Shown in pieces: positions 45,231 through 48,906 of a stretch of 48,906 bases of DNA. Position 1 is the first letter of the stretch; each line of letters begins with the position of its first letter. Origin of the DNA: a virus (taxonomy: Duplodnaviria > Heunggongvirae > Uroviricota > Caudoviricetes); the IMG/VR virus record IMGVR_UViG_3300036399_001023, one strand, 5' to 3'. The position numbers and the translations under genes are program-made. A model generated the notes under the pieces. That model saw only the letters and a program-made list of their open reading frames with translations. It did no database searches and had not been told where the DNA came from.

Positions 45231-45410
45231 TCAACGACGTGGCCCCCTTAGAAGCTTTGCGGTTAAGGGGTAGGGCCAGAGTAAAACATGGCCGCAAACG
45301 TCCAAAATTCTAACCCTGTGCCCGATAACAGGTAGATCGTAGTCTGGGAGTGCGGAAAGGAGCCTTGCAAAGCCTACAAGCAGGTAAGTTACGGCAAGTA
45401 GGGCGAGCAT
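45231..45410 (-). CDS. Small predicted membrane protein (59 aa, MLALLAVTYLLVGFARLL...), not in ORF track
   Basis: ATG 45410 to TGA 45231; hydrophobic N-terminus; fills an intergenic gap. Confidence 0.5.
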   Translation of the reverse strand: MLALLAVTYLLVGFARLLSALPDYDLPVIGHRVRILDVCGHVLLWPYPLTAKLLRGPRR

Positions 45411-45479
45411 GGGGAGGTCTACGGTTAACTATGCCGGTAGTATAGCTTGGGATTTTTCTGGTAAAGTTTGTCGCCTTTT

Positions 45480-45680
45480 TCATATGCGGTCTCTGGATCG
45501 CCACTGGTAGCACCAATCTTTGTCGGCATTGATTTCCTTCGGTGGACCTTGTATGTGGCACTTTGTGGAAATTCGTTCCGCTACCAGGCCGTGTGTGTTA
45601 GGAATCGAGGCTAGTACAGGGTTTATAACTAGGGTAGAAACCGAGTAGTCACAAGTTGAGCATTGTCTCTTATTGTCCAT
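45480..45680 (-). CDS. Small Cys-containing protein
   Basis: QCSTC..C..PP..WCYQW. Confidence 0.55.
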   Translation of the reverse strand: MDNKRQCSTCDYSVSTLVINPVLASIPNTHGLVAERISTKCHIQGPPKEINADKDWCYQWRSRDRI

Positions 45681-45689
45681 GTTCTTTCA

Positions 45690-46031
45690 CTAAGACGCAC
45701 TGGGGTTTACAATTGCCCACCAAGGTAACCAGTGAGTGTAGTTGTAACCGCTCCCTGAGAGGTTATATTTTCTAACTGGCCAGTCAAATTGTAACATTTC
45801 CCACGTACCCTCAACTGCTGATCCGTCTGCGTCGGTTCTCCACCACCAACATAGTTCTTCGACGTCAGAATCGGAGAGCGTAGGTAGACGGTCAGAAACA
45901 CTTACAGGGTCAAAGGTTTCACCGGGAGCAGCTCTGTAGAGCTTACTCTCGGCTTCTCTTTCTCTCACCAAGCCGTACTCAATTTCAGCAGAAATCTGCA
46001 AGGCTTTCTCTCGTGCGTCGCGCAAGTTCAT
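45690..46031 (-). CDS. Hypothetical protein with DUF551-like (PVS..RLP/THWLP) domain
   Basis: PVSVSDRLP..CWWW..YTHWLP. Confidence 0.55.
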   Translation of the reverse strand: MNLRDAREKALQISAEIEYGLVREREAESKLYRAAPGETFDPVSVSDRLPTLSDSDVEELCWWWRTDADGSAVEGTWEMLQFDWPVRKYNLSGSGYNYTHWLPWWAIVNPSAS

Positions 46032-46032
46032 C

Positions 46033-46242
46033 TTAAACAGGGCAGGGTATTGAGTTGTATGGCAACCAATGAGTGAGACCGTATTCTTCCTGAGACTCTA
46101 AGTTCTGGCTGTCGTACCTCATAAGTTCCCAACAGTCGCCACAACCGATTCCTGGGCAAAACACCCAAAACTCTGCGTTGGTACTACAGTCTTCCGGTCC
46201 AGGGTACCGCTCGGTAAAGGGTACGGGTACTTGCGTCGTCAT
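46033..46242 (-). CDS. Small DUF551-like protein
   Basis: PVPFTERYP..W..W..LTHWLP. Confidence 0.55.
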   Translation of the reverse strand: MTTQVPVPFTERYPGPEDCSTNAEFWVFCPGIGCGDCWELMRYDSQNLESQEEYGLTHWLPYNSIPCPV

Positions 46243-46475
46243 GCTGGAGAAAGGTCAGTGTGTGTAATGCTAGGTAAGGTGTAGCGGCTTCCCAATTGCC
46301 CTGCTTCGTTGCTTCCGCTGCAGTTGAACGAGTGGTGAGTTCCTTTTGGACACCTTTTGTTGCCGCAAGTTGGACAAACGGCCATAGGATGAACCAAAGG
46401 TTGCGCTGTGGCGTTTGCCCTTTCCTTGACACAATAAAAGCACGGGCACCCCTGTTTGTACAATGTATCAGCCAT
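46239..46475 (-). CDS. Small Cys/His-rich (zinc-binding) protein
   Basis: CPCFYC..CPTCGNKRCPKGTHH..C. Confidence 0.6.
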   Translation of the reverse strand: MADTLYKQGCPCFYCVKERANATAQPLVHPMAVCPTCGNKRCPKGTHHSFNCSGSNEAGQLGSRYTLPSITHTDLSPA

Positions 46476-46851
46476 TGAGCTCTTTTAGAGCCTCCCCTCC
46501 TTCAACCAAAGCTCTTACAATAGTGCTTGTAATCTCAGGTAGGTACCGTCCGTCTTTCTCGATGGTCCCCATGAATTGCAGGGCGATTTCATTAAGTGTA
46601 GGGGCTTTCGGCCTACGGGCCTCACGAAGTTCAACTGCGAGTGAGTCCCAAAGTTCCTTGTCAGATTCGTCGGCGTTTTCTCTCAACCAGTCGCAGCAAG
46701 CATCAAGCTCCTGGTCGGCGCCCCATTGTGCGACCTTGTTGGCGAAGTTGCGCGTAGGCTGGAGGGCATTGGTGGGGGGCATCACCTGGTCAATGGGCCA
46801 CCAGCTCTCTATAAGTTCGTCGGAAACTTCAATCGAATTGTGCTGAGTCAT
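46468..46851 (-). CDS. Hypothetical phage protein (WGADQELDACC motif)
   Basis: 127 aa. Confidence 0.6.
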   Translation of the reverse strand: MTQHNSIEVSDELIESWWPIDQVMPPTNALQPTRNFANKVAQWGADQELDACCDWLRENADESDKELWDSLAVELREARRPKAPTLNEIALQFMGTIEKDGRYLPEITSTIVRALVEGGEALKELNG

Positions 46852-46931
46852 TGCGTCGGAATTTTGTTCAATTGGATTAGATACATTCGGGCCAGAAGGG
46901 GAAGAACCATCTTTAGTAAAATCCCACTCTT

Positions 46932-47189
46932 TTAGGGACTCTCGAAACGCTGTGAGCAGTCCTTCGTCAACTTGCTCAAGGGTTTGTGGTTGTGGTGACC
47001 AGCTTTCCTGGGGACTTTCTGGTTTGTTACGTAGCGCCTTCTCAAGGTAGTGTAAACACCCGCACTAGTACGCCACCGGGCAACCACCCTTGGAATCTCT
47101 TCAGTCCGGCCCACCCACCATGGGCCTTCCTGATGAATCACTGCTGTAACGGTTGTTTGGAGTTTAATTCTTTCTTCTCGGTTTGTCAT
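46932..47189 (-). CDS. HicB-family antitoxin-like N-terminal domain (orphan)
   Basis: TAVIHQEGPWWVGRTEEIPRV..RT matches the HicB TAVIxQDGxWWIGWxEEIPGV pattern. Confidence 0.65.
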   Translation of the reverse strand: MTNREERIKLQTTVTAVIHQEGPWWVGRTEEIPRVVARWRTSAGVYTTLRRRYVTNQKVPRKAGHHNHKPLSKLTKDCSQRFESP

Positions 47190-47377
47190 TCGTAAAACTT
47201 GTCAAGTTTGGAAAGAACCTCACGTCTCGTGGGTAAATTAAGTGCCATGCGCAACGTGTCGTTTTCGTGTATCAAAAGTATTACCATATCTGGCGTAGTA
47301 ACTTCGCATTCTGGGAATTGCGACCCGATAAGGGTTGAAATTCTCATATACTCCGTTTTGTAGTCAGTTTCTTCCAT
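47186..47377 (-). CDS. Small hypothetical protein
   Basis: 63 aa, ATGA overlap. Confidence 0.5.
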   Translation of the reverse strand: MEETDYKTEYMRISTLIGSQFPECEVTTPDMVILLIHENDTLRMALNLPTRREVLSKLDKFYE

Positions 47378-47407
47378 ACTAGAACCTTCGGTGTTGGCTT
47401 AAATGAG

Positions 47408-48001
47408 TTAAAAGTGTGGCATCAAGGTCGCACAGTTAGAACCGTCTTGCCGGAGTCGAAGGGCAATCCATAGTCTCTTGAGCAGCGGTTCTTTTCTGTA
47501 CCGTTCTAACCTCCCTTCAGTAACCTTAAGGGAGTTTACTAAGGCACGAGCATCATTCTGGGACTTCTCAAGGTTTCGCCCTAGCGTCCAAAGTTTCTGC
47601 CCTTGATCATACACTTTGTCCTCAAGCTTAACCACCTTATTACGGAGTTTGGAATTAATGTAGGTGGATAGTATCCTTTCGGTCTGAGGCTCAATCGCAA
47701 ATAAGTGAAGGTAGGAGGGGTCGTAGTTCCCAGACTTCCGGCCCCCGTCGTAACTCTCCAAGTATAAACGTTCAACCTCAGGAAGATCATGAAGAGGTAA
47801 ACTTGAGCAGAAACCAACCTCGTGTAGTGGGAGACTTTCTACGTGATTCTTCCTCGTGAGTGAAACCTTGTTATCCGGGTCACCTGTAGGTATGCGGAAT
47901 AGCTCGTCAGGGTCTAAGAGTGGAGCGTACCTGACGTATTTGTCATTGTCATAAACGGGTACGACCGTTTTAGTTAGAGTGTATATTGTGGCGTTTCTCA
48001 T
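47408..48001 (-). CDS. Hypothetical protein with C-terminal coiled coil
   Basis: 197 aa. Confidence 0.55.
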   Translation of the reverse strand: MRNATIYTLTKTVVPVYDNDKYVRYAPLLDPDELFRIPTGDPDNKVSLTRKNHVESLPLHEVGFCSSLPLHDLPEVERLYLESYDGGRKSGNYDPSYLHLFAIEPQTERILSTYINSKLRNKVVKLEDKVYDQGQKLWTLGRNLEKSQNDARALVNSLKVTEGRLERYRKEPLLKRLWIALRLRQDGSNCATLMPHF

Positions 48002-48074
48002 TTTTCAGTGGTCTAGGGGTGTGAATTAGTATGCTGGACCGGAGTCGAGGTAAAGGTTCCCTGGCGAGGTCCCC

Positions 48075-48344
48075 CTAGTCGGGCTCGTCCGCCGATAGGG
48101 TCCCGTCGAGGTTTACTTCGACACTCGCCACCAGCGACTGGAGTCGTTCGGCCCACTCCCCAAGACCCGTTGAGTCTGGAGGCGCAACGGGCCAGTGCTT
48201 AGCCTCGTATTCCTCTACCAAAATTATCAAGGTCTCTAACCGGTTGTACTCGGGGCTACCTTTCGAAGCGTCCCAGTAGCGGTCGATGTCCTTAAGGGCA
48301 AGGTCGTACTCGGTTTCGTTTGCGAGAGGTTTAACGGATTGCAT
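48075..48344 (-). CDS. HigA (YgjM-type) antitoxin N-terminal domain without HTH (orphan)
   Basis: KPLANETEYDLALKDIDRYWDASKGSPEYNRLETLIILVEEYEAKHWPVAPPD. Confidence 0.72.
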   Translation of the reverse strand: MQSVKPLANETEYDLALKDIDRYWDASKGSPEYNRLETLIILVEEYEAKHWPVAPPDSTGLGEWAERLQSLVASVEVNLDGTLSADEPD

Positions 48345-48369
48345 GGTGTCTTGGCGCGTGTGGCCTGAA

Positions 48370-48774
48370 TTAAATTGTTGTGTCTCTAGTTAGGATCCCT
48401 AACTTATTCGGTAAGACGACAGGGGTTCCACCGCAAACTTTGCAGTAGTCCTCGGGTTCAGTTTCAAGGGTTAGAAGCCGATGTTTGTTATTGTACTGAA
48501 GTTCATCTAACCGCTCCCTCACCTTGATGAGTGACGCGAGTGGGAACAACCACCTCCCATCAGACTGAAAAGCACCGGGAAAGTACCCGCCTTCAAGCCA
48601 GTTACTGACACTTTCGTCGGAGTCAATCTCAAGGAAAGCTGTAGCTTGCTCAGAGTCGTATAGGTCTGCTTTTGACACGAGAAAGAAATTTTCAGCTATC
48701 GATTGCAGAACAGCATTGTTGTCTCGGATTCTTTCCGCAACAGTTATTGAATCGGAAGGTGCTGAGTAATCCAT
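48370..48774 (-). CDS. MerR/excisionase-like HTH DNA-binding protein
   Basis: YDSEQATAFLEI..SVSNWLEGGYFPGAFQSDGRWLFP. Confidence 0.55.
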   Translation of the reverse strand: MDYSAPSDSITVAERIRDNNAVLQSIAENFFLVSKADLYDSEQATAFLEIDSDESVSNWLEGGYFPGAFQSDGRWLFPLASLIKVRERLDELQYNNKHRLLTLETEPEDYCKVCGGTPVVLPNKLGILTRDTTI

Positions 48775-48906
48775 CGTGTTATGTCAGGGCTATAAGGTTT
48801 ACCCGGTGGGTCTTTCGGGGGGCGCTACTGGTTAGTTTCCGAAGGAGGGTCAAACCGGTGAAGTTCCTGAAGCATTCTAGCGTACATGGACTCAATCGTG
48901 TAATGA

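Noticed and set aside
316-47195. Numerous + strand ORFs in the track (e.g. 2770..3453, 22733..23407, 34390..35010, 44670..45251)
   Set aside because: They are antisense shadows of well-supported - strand genes with no recognisable motifs

Overview
A 48.9-kb segment of a contractile-tailed (myovirus-like) phage genome, with essentially all real genes on the - strand. The host is probably a cyanobacterium (inferred from a DUF1517/FLAP1-like gene, a SwmB-like domain and a Pol-gamma-like polymerase). Bases ~1-28,400 are a Mu/P2-like virion module: neck/DUF1320, spike, baseplate J, tube, capsid, decoration, gpF-like minor head protein, an 859-aa protease-scaffold, DUF935 portal, gp25-like wedge, a ~1217-aa sheath, a virion-morphogenesis protein and a tail chaperone pair. 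Bases ~29,800-36,400 hold a family A DNA polymerase closely resembling mitochondrial Pol gamma and a lone GyrA/ParC-type subunit. Bases ~36,400-48,900 are an early/accessory region of small genes with sigma70-like promoters. Main result: the major capsid gene, fragmented in the ORF track, reconstructs as 6 exons (9, 32, 240, 22, 592, 161 nt) interrupted by FIVE group I introns. It splices to one 351-aa ORF, only intron 2 carries an HNH homing endonuclease, and the introns are sequence mosaics of each other. Other highlights: four toxin-less antitoxin-like genes or fragments (HicB-N, HigA-N, HigA/VapI-HTH, RelB-like motif), a phage DUF1517/FLAP1-like gene, a predicted -1 frameshift (CCCAAAA) in the tail chaperone, and a recurring GGGTAAAACC late-promoter-like motif. 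All family assignments come from motif recognition by eye; no database search was run.
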